The position numbers were made by a program, and so were the translations under genes. A DNA stretch of 62,563 nt, filler included, from Xylographa opegraphella (Eukaryota), in assembly GCA_022813865.1 (NCBI GenBank). It is 8 parts of 8 records of this genome, joined end to end, with 100 filler letters (N's around TTAATTAATTAA, not from the genome) between each part and the next. Parts side by side here need not be neighbours in the genome. Positions count along the whole stretch, not along the records: positions 1 to 8,216 come from JALDZX010000191.1; positions 8,317 to 16,248 come from JALDZX010000193.1; 6 more parts are not named here. One strand, given 5' to 3'. This document shows positions 1 through 13,099 of this stretch, piece after piece (the first letter of the stretch is position 1; the number at the start of each line of letters is the position of its first letter). Under the pieces are notes generated by a model that saw only the letters and a list, made by a program, of their open reading frames with translations, did not search any database and had not been told where the DNA came from.

Positions 1-61
1 TGACAGATAGTTCAATGAAGCACTGGTTCCACCATACTGATTCCACCCATTCATTTCAACT
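1..61 (+). mobile_element. 3' end of a young Copia LTR (same family as 17372-17585)
   Basis: Near-identical to 17511-17585 (tgacagRtagttcaatgaagcactggttcc...cattcatttcaact), lacking one 14-bp internal repeat unit; lies at the scaffold start. Confidence 0.85.
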
Positions 62-587
62 TAAATTAACGATTATTATTCGTAAATATTCGTTAATGCT
101 GTAATTTTAGGAATATTCAACATAATTTAAAAAGTTTAACGAATTTAAATTCTTCACGTAAAATCGATTTAATTATATATTTATATTGTTTATATAAATT
201 TGATGGAAAACCTGCCTAAAGAAATTTCAAAAAAAATTTAAATTTTTTTCATTTACTAAATTTTATTTATTTTTAATCAATTTTCAATAAATTTTTAAAC
301 GAATTATTTATTTTAAAACTTTTTTTAAATTTTTAATTATTCTAAAACATTTTAAAACATTTTTTTAATTTCTAATTATTTTAAAACTTTTTTTAACTTT
401 TCATTATTTTAAAGAAAATTAATTTAATAAAAAATTGCTAAACGTATTAAACGTGTGAAACGTATTGAATACGCAAAAAAATATAAAAATATACAAAAAT
501 CAAAACTTTTATATTATTTTTACTAATTTGCTAAATTAATAAAAAATATATTTTTTGATCAAATTTTCGTTTTTCTTTTTTGTTAAT
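62..587 (-). mobile_element. RIP-degraded copy of the ~650-bp non-autonomous element with ATCAGCAAAA-type ends
   Basis: Reverse-complement similarity to 52220-52885 and 6201-6809; end reads ttttgatcaaattttcgtttttcttttttgttaat. Confidence 0.6.
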
Positions 588-749
588 AATATTCAAAAAA
601 ACTGTTAATTTAATTTTAATTCTTTTAATTCTTTTATTATCGAAATTTTTCAAATTCTTTTATTTTTATCAAATTTTTATTATTTTAAATAAAATTTTAT
701 TTCAAATAGTAAAATATCAATTTTTTTTAAAATAACTTTAAATTTATAA

Positions 750-934
750 TTATTATAATATAAAATAATGAAATATAAAAAAAATATTTATGAAATTTAT
801 ATAAAAAATTTACAATTATATAAAATACGTATTCGAGCGAGCAGATTTTTTTTAATATTCGAATCTTCGTATTGAATCGAGTAAATCGTTTATTAATTCG
901 ATTAAGCGAGCCGTGAACGGCTTTCCCTGCGACA
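750..934 (+). mobile_element. RIP-degraded solo LTR (family of 3786-3980)
   Basis: Aligns with 3786-3980 (tcgaaYcttcgtattRaatcg...cgagYcgtKaacgRcttt...tgcgaYa); ends GCGACA; left boundary approximate. Confidence 0.6.
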
Positions 935-1132
935 CAGAGAATTTTTGTTAATTAACAGAACGGCTTGGAAAACCTGATCGGGCCAATAATTTACTGCCAA
1001 GATTTTTCAGATTTCATTAGTTTAACAGAACAGATTTTGGCTAAACGCCCCTAATGAATACCTCACACTTTATTATTTTTAGGAGTTGATAAAACACTGT
1101 TAAACTGAACTGATCACGACAAACTGTAATGT

Positions 1133-2632
1133 ATGAATTCACAATTAATCAACCGCTCCCTAGGCGCCACGATTACGCAAGCCTTCCAGCAGGCGGAGAC
1201 TACGCGGCTGCTGCAAGCACTACAGCTTGCTCCTAACATTCAATACGACAGTAGCAATGAGAATGGGGAAGATGTGAAGAGTCATGCAAGGGAAGCTGCG
1301 GACGGGGCAGAGTCAAGAGTTTGGGCTCATCCAGCAGGCGTAAACTGCCTGGAGATTGACAGGTTTGAGAGTAGATAGTGCGTACAATGTATGAGATAAT
1401 ATACATTCATTGGGCATCCATCTAACTTTTCAAAGTCTCCTATCTGGTGGTGCCGATTCATCGATCCATATATGGGATCTCGATACAGCAGAAAACAACA
1501 CTCAGAGCAGTGTCTACCATCCATTGGGGACAGTCCCCAAGTAAGCTGTGGCATTAGATGCTCAAAACTGTAGATCTAATCACACAGGTCCTACTCATCC
1601 CACAAATTCGGTGTCACCGAGCTATCATTCTACCCGTTCGACTCCTTTGCCTTTTTGTCGTCGTCCTATGATCATTTTCTCAAATTATATTCAACAAAGT
1701 CGCTCGAGGTATCCGCATCTTTCGACCTCAGCTCGGTCGTCTATGCCCACGCCATATCACCTGTAGCAGATCATTTACTCGTGGCTTGCGCGACTCAACA
1801 TCCCGCCGTACGTCTGGTAGACTTACGATCTGGTGCGAGCGCTCATTCTTTAGCCGGGCACTGTGGAGCTGTTTTATCTGTTGCGTGGAGTCCACACGAT
1901 GCCAACATTCTGGCAACTGCTGGCTCAGATGGTACAGCGAGGCTATGGGACATTCGAAGCAGTACAGGACATTTAGGACTACTAGACTTAGAAGATTCCT
2001 TAGGGACTATCGGAGACACGACCATGAAAAGGATATCGCGACCAATGGACAGGCGCAAAGCACATGCCGGTGCATGCAATGGTGTTGCTTGGACTGACGA
2101 TGGCGACTACCTTGTAACGACCGGCCACGACGAGCGAATCCGCACGTGGAGCGCGACCACTGGTGCGAACACGCTATCGCATTTTGGACCTACGATCAAG
2201 AATGCCAATTTATCAACCGTGCTTCCTCTGCTGGCTCCAAGCTACCTTACAAGTTCGAGACAGCAGGTAATGTTTTACCCTAACGATAATGAGATTCTTA
2301 TGTTTGACTTATTCGAGGGGACCTTGCACAAGCGGCTTAAGGCTCCAGGCAATGCAGTCGGACAAGCTCGAGGGGGCACGGGACAACGAAATCTCAGGAA
2401 CAGAGTTGCATCTCTAGCTTGGAGGAGTGGGCATGTTGAACTTTATTCTGCCCATTCCGACGGTGTCATTCGCATCTGGATTCCGGGAACGAAAGAGGAT
2501 GCAGAATTGGAAGGCGAAGGGCCGGAAGAGGCAGCAGGCGTCATAAACGAAGACAATAATAGGAAGAGAAAACGAGAGGCCCTGAATGACCTGCATAGAG
2601 ACTTAACACGACAACGGCTCACATTCAATTGA
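1133..2632 (+). CDS. RAD28: WD40-repeat DNA excision repair protein, CSA/ERCC8/Rad28/Ckn1-like (3 exons: 1133-1377, 1436-1540, 1588-2632)
   Basis: Spliced product reads GVNCLEIDRFESRY-LLSGGADSSIHIWDL...HKFGVTELSFYPFD...VRLVDLRSGASAHSLAGH...LATAGSDGTARLWDIR; GT-AG introns 1378-1435 and 1541-1587 with CTAAC/CTAAT branch points. Confidence 0.88.
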
Positions 2633-2720
2633 TCTGTCAAGTTCAATTGGGGGTGTAGGAGTCAGAAAACGCCCAGGTTCCCATCGTCCTCTCAAGGGCG
2701 GCTAGGAATGGCATCGTTAG

Positions 2721-3736
2721 CTACGCTATCATGACGATGCCCAAATGGAGCCAACCGTCAAGATACGCCACGCTTCTGAGAAGATCCTCAACCACTGCAG
2801 ACATAGGCACCACGGACCCATGGAGGATCGGCTTCGCCACAATTGGAGTTCTTCGGCTCGGGAACATAGAAGGAAGCCAGAAATGCAGAACCGAACCAAG
2901 AGTTTGCGGCTCTCTGCTATTCGGTGCCAGCGGCGTAACTGGCAACTGCACGACTTTCAGATAACTCCACGGACCCTCTGATGCCGCGGTTGAGGAAGGG
3001 AGATAGATCCTCATTGGTATATACCTAAGCGGAGCCCCGTGCGCGTAGAGCAACTTCTGCGATACCGGATTGTACTTTTCAAAATCATCTAAGCGTTCAT
3101 CAGCTCCAACAACAGCGTTTGATATAAGGCAGATCAAGCTTACAAGCCTCGACCGATTTCCACAATTGCGTAGAATCGTTCTTCGAAAGCGTCATAATCT
3201 CCTTGGCGGATCCATTCCTGAGGAAATCTGCCTCCTTCACACTGTTTATGAAGGCATCATGTAGAACCTTCCCTTCCGCGTCTAGCGGTATAAGCTGGCC
3301 TGCCGGCCACCCGCTAAAGTGCAGGGTGAGTCGCCAGGGAAGCAGACTCTGTGCTCCCTCTGCTTGTGCTTGTAATCCGCTGGCGCCAGAGAAGAGGTCG
3401 TAAAGTAGGCCAAGAGGATAGTGCCACTTCAATGGCACACCTTCAAATGAGAACCATCCATCGTGTGAATCAAATTCCGGAGTGATCAAAAACGAGGCGA
3501 AGAATGCATAGAGGCTCGGAAGTAGGAACGGGATGTATGCCAGACGTGGATAATGGATCTGATTATTGCAGTCAACCATATATGGAACATTTCACGACAG
3601 ACGTTATATATTGTACCAGGTATGAATCTGCCTGATCGTAGACTTGACAGTCTTGTGGAGCAAGTCTAATTTCCAGCGGTAGCGATCCATTCCAAGCAGC
3701 TTCCTGCAAGGCGCGAAGCTCGGCGGGTGTGGTCAT
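2721..3736 (-). CDS. ATG5: Autophagy protein 5 (3 exons: 3736-3617, 3558-3144, 3088-2721)
   Basis: [69 protein letters not shown]-terminal YLDGWLH are hallmark Atg5 motifs; canonical introns 3559-3616 and 3089-3143. Confidence 0.95.
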
Positions 3737-3785
3737 GGGTGTGATGATCTTAGCCTATATCTCCGAGCATGAAAATAATCGAAGG

Positions 3786-3980
3786 TGTCACAATGCAGGG
3801 TAATACAATATGTAAGGAACGTGATAATATTGTAAAGACTATATACAGAGGTTTACGATTATATAGAATACGTTTTGAAGCGGACGAAAGCCCTTTTACG
3901 ATACTCGAACCTTCGTATTAAATCGGGCAGGTCGTTTACTAATGCAATTAAACGAGTCGTTAACGACTTTATTTGCGATA
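3786..3980 (+). mobile_element. Solo LTR ~50 bp upstream of the ATG5 start
   Basis: TGTCACAA...TTGCGATA (RIP of TTGCGACA) inverted termini; homologous to 750-934 and, at its 5' part, to ~38746-38790; no TSD seen. Confidence 0.6.
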
Positions 3981-4590
3981 TATTTCTTGAAATGTTATAA
4001 TACAAAGACTGTATTTTAAAAGGCTAAAAATAATTTTATATATTAAAATAAATATAAATAATACGAATATATATATAATTGTATAATAAAAATAATAAAT
4101 AAAATATAAATAATTTGAGTAAAATATTATTTATATCACGTTTCGAATTTATAATTTTGACGTTTTGACGTATTTTTATAATTTATATATATTTTTGATA
4201 ATTTTTTTATCCATTAATTTCTTTATTATTTTTTAACGATTGATTATATTTTGTTAAACCGATTTTGAATCAAGTTGAAATACGAAATTACGTTTTTATA
4301 ATTTTTTTTGCAATAAAAAACCTAAAATACTCGTAAAACTTTAATTTTATCGTGGCGAGTTAATTGTATTAATAATATAAAATACGCGACAAATTTAAAA
4401 ATCATTAAGATATTAATAAAAAAGATTTTTTTTTAAAATAATACTCGTTCAATATTATTTTATAAACCGCCAGAACAATGTCGAGTTCGCAAAATTTGAA
4501 AAAATGAATCTAATTAAATAAATAATTTTTTAAATAAATTAATTATTAATTTATTAAAAATAATTAAATAAAATCTTTTATTACCGATTT

Positions 4591-4779
4591 TGTTGAAAAT
4601 CAGGGCGTTAGCAGTCTGTGTTGTTGGTCCTTTACTATAGCCGATTAGGCCTAGCTTAGTNNNNNNNNNNNNNNNNNNNNNTGGAGCCCCGTCTCCAGAA
4701 GAACTCTTCACCTTCTTAGTGATTAAGCAATGCACTGTTACCTGCTGCCATTACCTGTGCCTAGTGATTAGTTTCAATA
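4591..4779 (+). mobile_element. Solo LTR with 5-bp target-site duplication GATTT
   Basis: TGTTGAAA...TTTCAATA termini (terminal CA mutated to TA); GATTT at 4586-4590 and 4780-4784; second copy at 39530-39719; contains a small N gap. Confidence 0.8.
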
Positions 4780-6200
4780 GATTTTAAATATTTGATAAAA
4801 ATAATTAAACTTCGATATATATATTTTTCAAAATAATCGTAAAATGAATAAGAAATAAGCGTTTAATTATTGATTTTTCAATTAAAAAAGCAAAGAAAAT
4901 TATAATAAAAATAAAGGTAGGAGAAAGAAAATACAAAAAATCGATTTAATTATTACGAACTTTAAAAATACAAAATAAATTGAAATTTAAAATTCAAAAT
5001 TCGTAATAAATTCTTTTAATTAAAAGAATATTAATGTTGACGTTAAATAAAATTTATATACAAATATAAATACGTTTAAATTATCCTTTTAATTAATCTT
5101 TTTTTTCGATTATAATAATACGCGAGCGTTATTTTTTTCTATTAATTTTAAATTTTTTTATTTAAATGTATTAAATCCTTATTTTTTATTATTTTATGAT
5201 AATCGTTAATAGGCTCGCGCGTCTCGTTTAATTTTTTTTAAAATTATTTATTATATTTTATTTCGTATCTTTTTATTTAATTAAATATCTTTACAACGAG
5301 TTTTTTACAGAATAATTTTTTCGTTTATTTAATAATTAATTTAATTTAAAAGGATTATTTTTATAATCGTTAATATATATCGCTGTAAATTAATTAAAAA
5401 TAAATTTATAATAAAAATCGAACTTTGAATTTAACGCGGGATTAAATTATACGATTGTAAAAATTAAATAGATTTTTTAATTTATAAAAAGTTCGAGTCG
5501 ATGTATTTATCATTTTAGTATTTCAAATTTTTTAAAAGGTTTTACGTATTGTAAAAAAGTTTTTTATTAAAAAGATAAAAATATCGTATTTTTTATATAA
5601 ATTCTTTTCCGCGTAATCATTAAACGATAAAAAATTCGCGGTATATTTTTTATCGTAATATTTTTTTTATCAATATATTCCTAAAAATTATTGCCTTTTT
5701 GTTTTTATTTTCTATAATGAAAAATTATATAACGTTTTGTTCAGCCGGGATTTATTAAAAAATTCGTTAAATTTAATATATTCAATTTTTCGTTTAAACG
5801 TAATTTTTGCGTAATTTTGTTAGCGAATTTTATAATGATTAAATTAATTAAATTACTAAAAGTGATTTTTAATATGAATAAAAATGTAATTAATTCGAAT
5901 ATTTTTAATTCTGCGATTATATAACGTAAAATTATTTCGACATTTTAATTTATTTTTTTCGATTCATTATTTATTTAAAAGTAATATACAATAAAGTATA
6001 ACAATTCTTTTTTAAAATTTCGATTTTTTTATAATTTCGATAAAAACTTTCGATTTTTATTTAAAAATATAATTTCCGAAACAGATTATTCGATGATTTA
6101 AAGATATATTAAAATATTTTAATTTAATTCTTTATCGTATAAATACTTTTTCTTAATATTATACGAATTTTTATTAAATTTATGCATTACGGTAAAATAT

Positions 6201-6809
6201 ATTAACAAAAAGAAAAAAACGAAAATTCGATCAAAAAATATATTTGTTGCGTAAAAAGCAAATTAATAAAATAGCACAAAACTTTTGATTTCTGTATATT
6301 TTTATATATTTTTTACGCGTTTAATATATTTCATATATTTAACACGTTGAATACGTTTAACAAAATTTTTATTGAATTGAAAAAATTAAAAAAATTAATT
6401 CAAAAAAATTAATTTGCTTAAAAATACGTTTAAAATTTACTAAAAATATGTACATATTAATTAAGCAATTTTTTTAAAAAATCTTTTTAATTTCTTTAAG
6501 CAAGTCTTTCACTAAATATTTATGAATATTATAAATACGTAATTAAATTAATATTATACTAGTATTTAAATTCGTTAATTTAAAACTTTATAATTTATTT
6601 GATTTCTAATTATTCTTTTAAAAAGTTATTTAAAAGGTGTTTTAATCGTATTTTAAATATATAAAATATGTATTGAAAGATTAAAAGTAAAAATAGTTAC
6701 TGAACGTATTGAATGTGTTAAATATATTAAATACGTGAAAAATATACTTTCTACGTCATATAAATAACCCGTGAAATTTTAAATTTTAAGCAAGAATTCT
6801 TTTGCTAAT
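6201..6809 (+). mobile_element. RIP-degraded non-autonomous element (ATCAGCAAAA...TTTTGCTGAT family)
   Basis: Collinear with 52220-52885; a further partial copy starts at 6909. Confidence 0.65.
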
Positions 6810-7150
6810 GAAAGTTTCCTTCATTATATTTAAAAAAGCGATAAATTTATCAAATTTTTTAAATTATATAACTTTTTTGATTGATAAAAAATTATAATAT
6901 TCGCCGTTATCAGCAAAAAGGAAAAAAGAAAATTCGATCAAATAATATACTTTTGCGTAAAAAGAAAATCAGTAAAATCAGTAAAAATAGTAAAAAAATC
7001 TTAATTTTTAATTTTTGCATGTTTAATATTTAATTTTTGCATGTTTAATATTTAATTTTATGTATTTAATATATTTAATAAATTCAGTACGTTTAGTAAA
7101 AACTCTATTAAATTAAAAAATAAAAATAAAAAATCCAAATAAAAATTTAC

Positions 7151-8060
7151 AAAGCTCGAGTTTTCAAAAAACGCTTTTGAAAAAGGTCTTTAAAGCGAGT
7201 ATAATTACTTGAGAATAAAATTTATTAAAAAATAAATGAAAGCCCTGCGAGCTTTCTTCAATTTTTTTCGAATTTTTAAATATCATTAATATAAAATACA
7301 TTTATGGCGAAATTCTTTAAATTTAATAAATTATAAGCCCGGTTACGCTTTAATTATATTAAAAATGGTTTATTATTAAATTACTATACTTTACGAGGTT
7401 TTATTTTTTTAATATTATAATATCGTTTTTTAATTTAAATATCAATTACAAAGCTTTAATAACTACGATAAATAACTACGAAAAATTAATATTTACTTAT
7501 TATTATATAACGTATTAACGTGGGCGTAAACAATATATTTTTATTTTTATTATTTAAAGAATTTAATATAAATAAAATATTACGGGAAAAAATTGATATA
7601 TTTAAATTTTTAATTCTAAATATATTAGACCCTGGTGGAAATACTATAATAAAATGTATTAATTTAAAGATTACGATTAAAATGAAACGCGTTCATAAAG
7701 AATAAAAATATCAAATTAACGCTAATAATTGAATTTTAACTTTATTACGTAAATCAATTTTATATGCACTATTATAATAAAACGTTTAATTTTATCAGCG
7801 AATTCGCTTTTTACGTAAATTTAAAAAAATAACAACTTTTAAAAATAAAGTTATAATTAACTATTTAAAGTGAAAATTAATTACAATTATTTTAAAAACT
7901 TTTTTAATATATAATTTTATTTCAATAAAATAATTATTTTACAGTTGAGTTTAAAAAAATTAAAAAAATTTATTTACGATCGTCGAATAGAAAGTATTTT
8001 ATTATAAAAACTTATTATTTAATATAATATTTAAAATTATATTTATCGTATCGAAAGAAA
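7151..8060 (-). mobile_element. RIP-degraded copy of a repeat family with a Helitron-like hairpin end
   Basis: Collinear with 46660-47396 and reverse of ~51320-52135; left end corresponds to the reverse complement of 32640-32735. Confidence 0.55.
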
Positions 8061-8152
8061 TTCGATAATAATAATAAAGTTCGTTTAATTATAATTCGGT
8101 TTTTTAAGAATCGAATAAAATTACGCGATAAATAAATAAACTTTTATAAACT

Positions 8153-8216
8153 AGAAAAAAAAGAAAAAAAAGAAAAAAAAGAAAAAAAAGAAAAAAAAGA
8201 AAAAAAAGAAAAAAAA
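8153..8216. repeat. (GAAAAAAAA)n microsatellite at scaffold end
   Basis: Directly visible tandem array. Confidence 0.9.
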
Positions 8217-8316
8217 NNNNNNNNNNNNNNNNNNNNNNNNNNNNNNNNNNNNNNNNNNNNTTAATTAATTAANNNNNNNNNNNNNNNNNNNNNNNNNNNN
8301 NNNNNNNNNNNNNNNN
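8217..8316. other. Artificial scaffold spacer
   Basis: N44-TTAATTAATTAA-N44 (stops in all six frames). Confidence 0.97.
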
Positions 8317-8433
8317 GTACGAAGACTATTAGACTGGAGCATTAAGACTGCATCGTGACTTCCTATCTACTCATTGACGAGTCCAACCCAGATCCCTAAT
8401 CGAACTATACTAGTGAGAGGCAGGATCGTAACA
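8317..8433 (+). mobile_element. LTR end (family of 32478-32639)
   Basis: caacccagatccctaatcgaactataYtagtgagaRgcaggatcgtaaca shared with 32590-32639; ends ACA. Confidence 0.75.
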
Positions 8434-8779
8434 CATCGCGTCCCTGGGTCGCCACGAATTAATCATAAAAAAGGGCTGGCTCAAAAGGCATAAAGCAATG
8501 TTAAATACGGCCACGAATAAATTAATATTCCGCGAGGGTTACTGCAGCCATCCCGAAGCGAAAAGCAGAGTTTTCGAGATCAAAGAATCGAGTTCGCCGC
8601 AGCGAGCTGCGTTTACGTTCATTCTTTAAAGATCGAAAGAAGCTAAAGCTGTATACAATTCTTCACCAGAAAAGAGGCCAAAGGATAAGGCAGTGGCCCC
8701 AGCCCCCGAAAAAAAAAAGGGGAAAAGCAAAAAAAAGAAAAAAACCCCCCTGCCTTCGTCAGAAAACAAATCAATATTA

Positions 8780-10880
8780 ATAAAATAAATTGAAGCTGCA
8801 GGCTATAAACTTCTAATATATCAAAGGGAAAATAAATACTTTTCTATTAGTATAAAGAAATTCAATAGAGCTCTGGGAATTAAATAGGTTTTAACTGTTC
8901 AAATAATGGAAAAATCAAAGGCAGAAAACTCGAACGATATTAAAACGCTGAAAAAACTAATTTCAATAGAATATTATAATTTATTAAACGTTTTCAGCGC
9001 GAAAAAAACAGATAAATTACCTCTTTATCGACTTTACGATTATTAAATCAATTTAAAAGGCGAGGTTCAATTAAAATATTATTCATTATATCGAGTATTT
9101 ACGAAGGAATTGATCATAATAAAGCAATACCTGGAGAATAATTAATTTTTTTTATAAAAGCCAGCTTCTCGTCTTTTATATTTTTAATACTATTTATAAA
9201 AAAAGCAGACAAATCGCTAAAATTTTGTATAAATTATCGAAAGCTCAACGCCTTAACGAAAAAAAATCGATACTCGTTTTCGTTAATAAATAAAACGCTG
9301 GCACAGCTATCTCAAGCCAAAGTAATATTCAAAATAAATATTCGCCATGCTTTTAATAAAATTCGCATAAAAGAAAAAATAAAGAATTAATTACTTTTAA
9401 AACCCGATTCGAAGTTTATAAATACAGGGTACTATTTTTCGAATTAATAAAAAAATTAGCTACGTTTTAATATTATATAAACGACGTGTTATTCGACTAT
9501 TTGAACGATTTTTGTACAGCGTACATGAACGACATTTTGATTTACAGTCAGAATTAACTGGAATATATAATATATATACCAAAGGTTCTGGAACGGCGAA
9601 AAAAAGCAGGGCTTCAAATAAATATCAAAAATGCGAGTTTAATGTCAAAAAATACGCTTTTTAAAATTAATTATCGAAGTAAATAACATTCGAATAAACT
9701 CTGTTAAAATTATAGCTATAATAAAATAGGGCACGCCAGGATACTTAATCGATATATAGAATTTTATGGGATTCTGCAACTTTTATCACCGCTTTATTCG
9801 AGGGTTCTCGCGCATTATAAAGCCATTAATCAAATTAATAAAAAAACGAGGTTTTTAAATGAAGCGCTGCATACGAAACCGCGTTTAAAAAAATTAAAAA
9901 ATTAGTTATTAAAGCTTTTATATTAGCTTATTTCAATAAAAACAAGAAAGTTATAATGAAAATTAACTTGTCGAACTTTATTTCGTTCGAAATGCTATTA
10001 TAAATTAAAGAAAACGAATTGTTATACTTTATAACCTTTTTTTCGAAAAAGCTGATTGCAGTTAAATACAACTACGACATTTATAATAAAAAACTTTTAG
10101 CCATTATTCGATATTTTGAGAAATGAAAACCAGAGCTCGAAGGCACTGAAATACCCGTAAAGGTTTTGTTCGATCACAAAAACTTGAAGTATTTTATAAA
10201 ATAAAGAAGTTGATACAAAGGCAAACTCGCTGAGCGAAATTTTTAATAAAGTTTAATTTTGAAATTAACTACAAATTAGGCAAAAAAAATAAAAAAAAAT
10301 AAACTTTTTTATTAAATATACAGAAGATTTACCTTAGAACGACAACGACGATTAATAACGATAACAGTATTTTAAATCATGATATCGAGAAAGAAAATTC
10401 ACTTTAAAATAAAAAAAGAGCTAATGTTGCCTTTATAAAAAAAGGCGACGAAAAGAGCTTAGGGAAAAAAATAGCCAACAATCATAAAGAAAATAAATTT
10501 TACCAAAAAATCTTGAAAATACTAAGGGATAGGGTACGAAAAAGCATGGCCATATTTTTGCCATACTGCGAAATTATAAACGACCGACTTTATTATTACA
10601 AAGAGTTAATGGTGCCTAAGAAAAAAAATTAAAATTATTTAAAAAGGTACACAAGTCGCCCGCGGAAGATTATTATAAACTGAAAAAAATAATTAAATTA
10701 TTAAAAAAGTAATTCAGGTTTTTAGGAATAGACGATACAGTAAAAAAATTTACAAGAAACTGCCACGTCTGCCAAAAAACCAATTACTCCAGGGAGGCGT
10801 GTAATAAAGTGCTTAATTTATTACCTGTTCCGGAAAGAACCTAAAAGAATATATTAATAAATTACGTAATGAGCCTGTTT
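8780..10880 (+). pseudogene. Partly RIP-mutated Ty3/Gypsy pol (RT, RNase H, integrase N-terminus)
   Basis: Readable relic motifs FCINYRKLNALTKKNRY, INIRHAFNKIRI, FCTAYMNDILIYS (YxDD with D>N), KLLAIIRYFEK*KPELEG, FDHKNLKYF, RNCHVCQK, LLPVPERT; many stops and frameshifts. Confidence 0.88.
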
Positions 10881-12825
10881 AATTTATACAATTTCCCATA
10901 CGAATAATTTTCGAAGTTTTTATTCCTTTTTTTTCAAATTTTATCTTTTACTACTCGAGTATTCTTGTTTAATATTTTTATTTTTAAAAGTCGGCCCGGT
11001 TTTCGACTCGAAAGTTTTATTTAAATTATATTATTTTATATTTTTTATTTAATAAATAATATTAAAAATTTAAAATAGTCGTTTTTTTCGTTTTTATTAA
11101 AATTTAGCGCTAATCGAAAGTAATTGATTTAAAATTTATTCTTTAATTATTACTTTCGTTTATAATTATTTTTTAATAAATAAATAATTTAATTTAATTT
11201 TTATATCGAAATTTTTAAAAGTAATTAGCTTTAATTTTTGTAACCGATTTTTTTATTTCGTTTATATTTATCGTTTCGTGGCTAATTATTTTTTTAAATA
11301 TAAATAATCGCGTTTAAAATACCTTAATTTTAAATAGAAATTTTACGTTTAACGTATTCTTTCGAACGTAATAATATTTATTCGTTCTTTTAATTCGTAA
11401 TTTTGTTAATTATTATAAATATACGAAGTTTTCGCTAATAATTATTACTAAAATATAATTTAGCCGGTTAACTTTAAATCATTAATTTATTAATTGTTTA
11501 TATATTTTATTTTAGGCGTTAATTCAATTCGATTAATTTAATTTAAATTAAAAATATTAAATCCTTAATCTTTCGAATTATCGAATTTTTAATTACTATC
11601 GAAATATTTGAAATAATAAAAAATTTTAATTTTTAAAGTTAATTTATTAAATAATTTTAATTGATTTACTATTTTCATTTTTATTAGTCAATTTAAATTT
11701 TGCTTAATTTTAATATTTTTTGCAGTAATTTAAACTCCTCGTTTTTTATTTATAAAACTCGCCTTTTTAATAGCGATTATTGTGCGAAACGAGCTCCAAT
11801 TTTTTAATTTTTATTTTAATTATTTAATTATCTTCGCGCGTTTATTTTAGTTGAATTTTTACAAAAAAATATAAATATTTCGAAGATTTCGAAGATTTTT
11901 TTTTCGTTAAAATTATCGCCATCGAGCGAATTGACGGCAATATTATTTTAACGAAATTTTTTTAATTTTTATCTCGTTTTTATATTTTCTTTAAAAAAGT
12001 TTATAAATATGTTTTCTGACTTTTATTTTAATTACAATATTCGTTTAAAAGTTTTTTTAAACCAATTTTTAATCTCGATTTACGTATATTTAAAACGCTT
12101 TAATATTATTTTTAATTAATTTTATACAATAAAATAGTAATTAACGTATTTATTTCTCGATCGGCAGATTATAATTTAAAAATAAAATCTTTTAAATTTT
12201 TATATATTTAAAAATATTTCCATTCGTAAATAACGACGCGCCTGACATTTCGGGCAAGGGCAAAAAGAATTTAAATATATGATTTTACCTTCGATTGATA
12301 TTAATAATAGATTTTAAATTATACTTTTTAATATATTAACCTGCAGTATCGTAGTAAATCAAAACATTATTAGTAAAATAAACGAACGATATTTTTTAAA
12401 ATTAATAAATATAGAAAATAGAAATAATATATTTAATTAATATAATTTAATTAAGTTTTATAAATACTAACAAAAAAAGAATAATTAATAATTTTTTTAT
12501 CAAATTAATAATTAACTACGATAATCGGGTTGATTTTAAAATTATCGTTCTTTTAAAAAAGATTTTTATCGCCTTTTCCTCTTTGTTTTTACTTTTTATA
12601 TATATTTTTATTAAGCCCCTCCTTATTTTTATCGTTTTTACGCGATTTTTTCGCTTTATTCATAATTTTTCTTAACTTTTAATAAGGCTTTAAAGGACTT
12701 TCCGTGAATAATTAATTTAACGTTTTATTTTTTATTGTAATTTTATTTTTCAAAGTTATTTGCTAATTCTTATTTTTTTTTACTATTTTAATAGTATACA
12801 ATCGAATCGTACCGTGATCGCTGAT

Positions 12826-13063
12826 TATGAAAGAATTTATAAAAAATTCGCAGTAATTTAATTAAATAAATAAAAATATCAAATAATAAAAATTAAACCG
12901 AGATCGTAGCTAAATTAAATTTTTACTAAATAAAATTATAATTCGTTCGATAAAAAAATTAATTTTCGTTATAGCTTAGCTATTTTATTGTTATATAAAA
13001 ATATATGATGAAAAAAGTTTAAAATCCAAAAACGCCCAAAAAACCCGCCTCGAATTCCTTATA
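12826..13063 (-). mobile_element. Heavily RIP-mutated LTR related to the intact Gypsy LTR at 22208-22463
   Basis: aaaaacgcccaaaaaacccgcctcgaattcc vs aaaaagcgcccaaaagacccgccccgaatcc; aaaccgagatcgtagctaaatt vs ggatcggggtcgcagctaggtc; differences mostly C>T/G>A. Confidence 0.75.
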
Positions 13064-13099
13064 ATATATTTCGTTTCTTTTCGTATCAATCGCTATAAA

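Noticed and set aside
7520..7705. Short Ile/Lys/Asn/Phe-rich ORFs (also 4514-4735, 21352-21597, 25147-25347, 39134-39382, 47059-47247, 51763-51957)
   Set aside because: Chance frames in RIP-decayed repeats or microsatellites
4780..8150. AT-rich tracts as mitochondrial DNA or NUMT
   Set aside because: No mitochondrial gene or tRNA motifs; they align to TE copies by C>T/G>A changes and retain CpG
8261..8272. TTAATTAATTAA palindrome recurring every ~7.5-8 kb
   Set aside because: Six-frame stop linker inserted by the assembly pipeline
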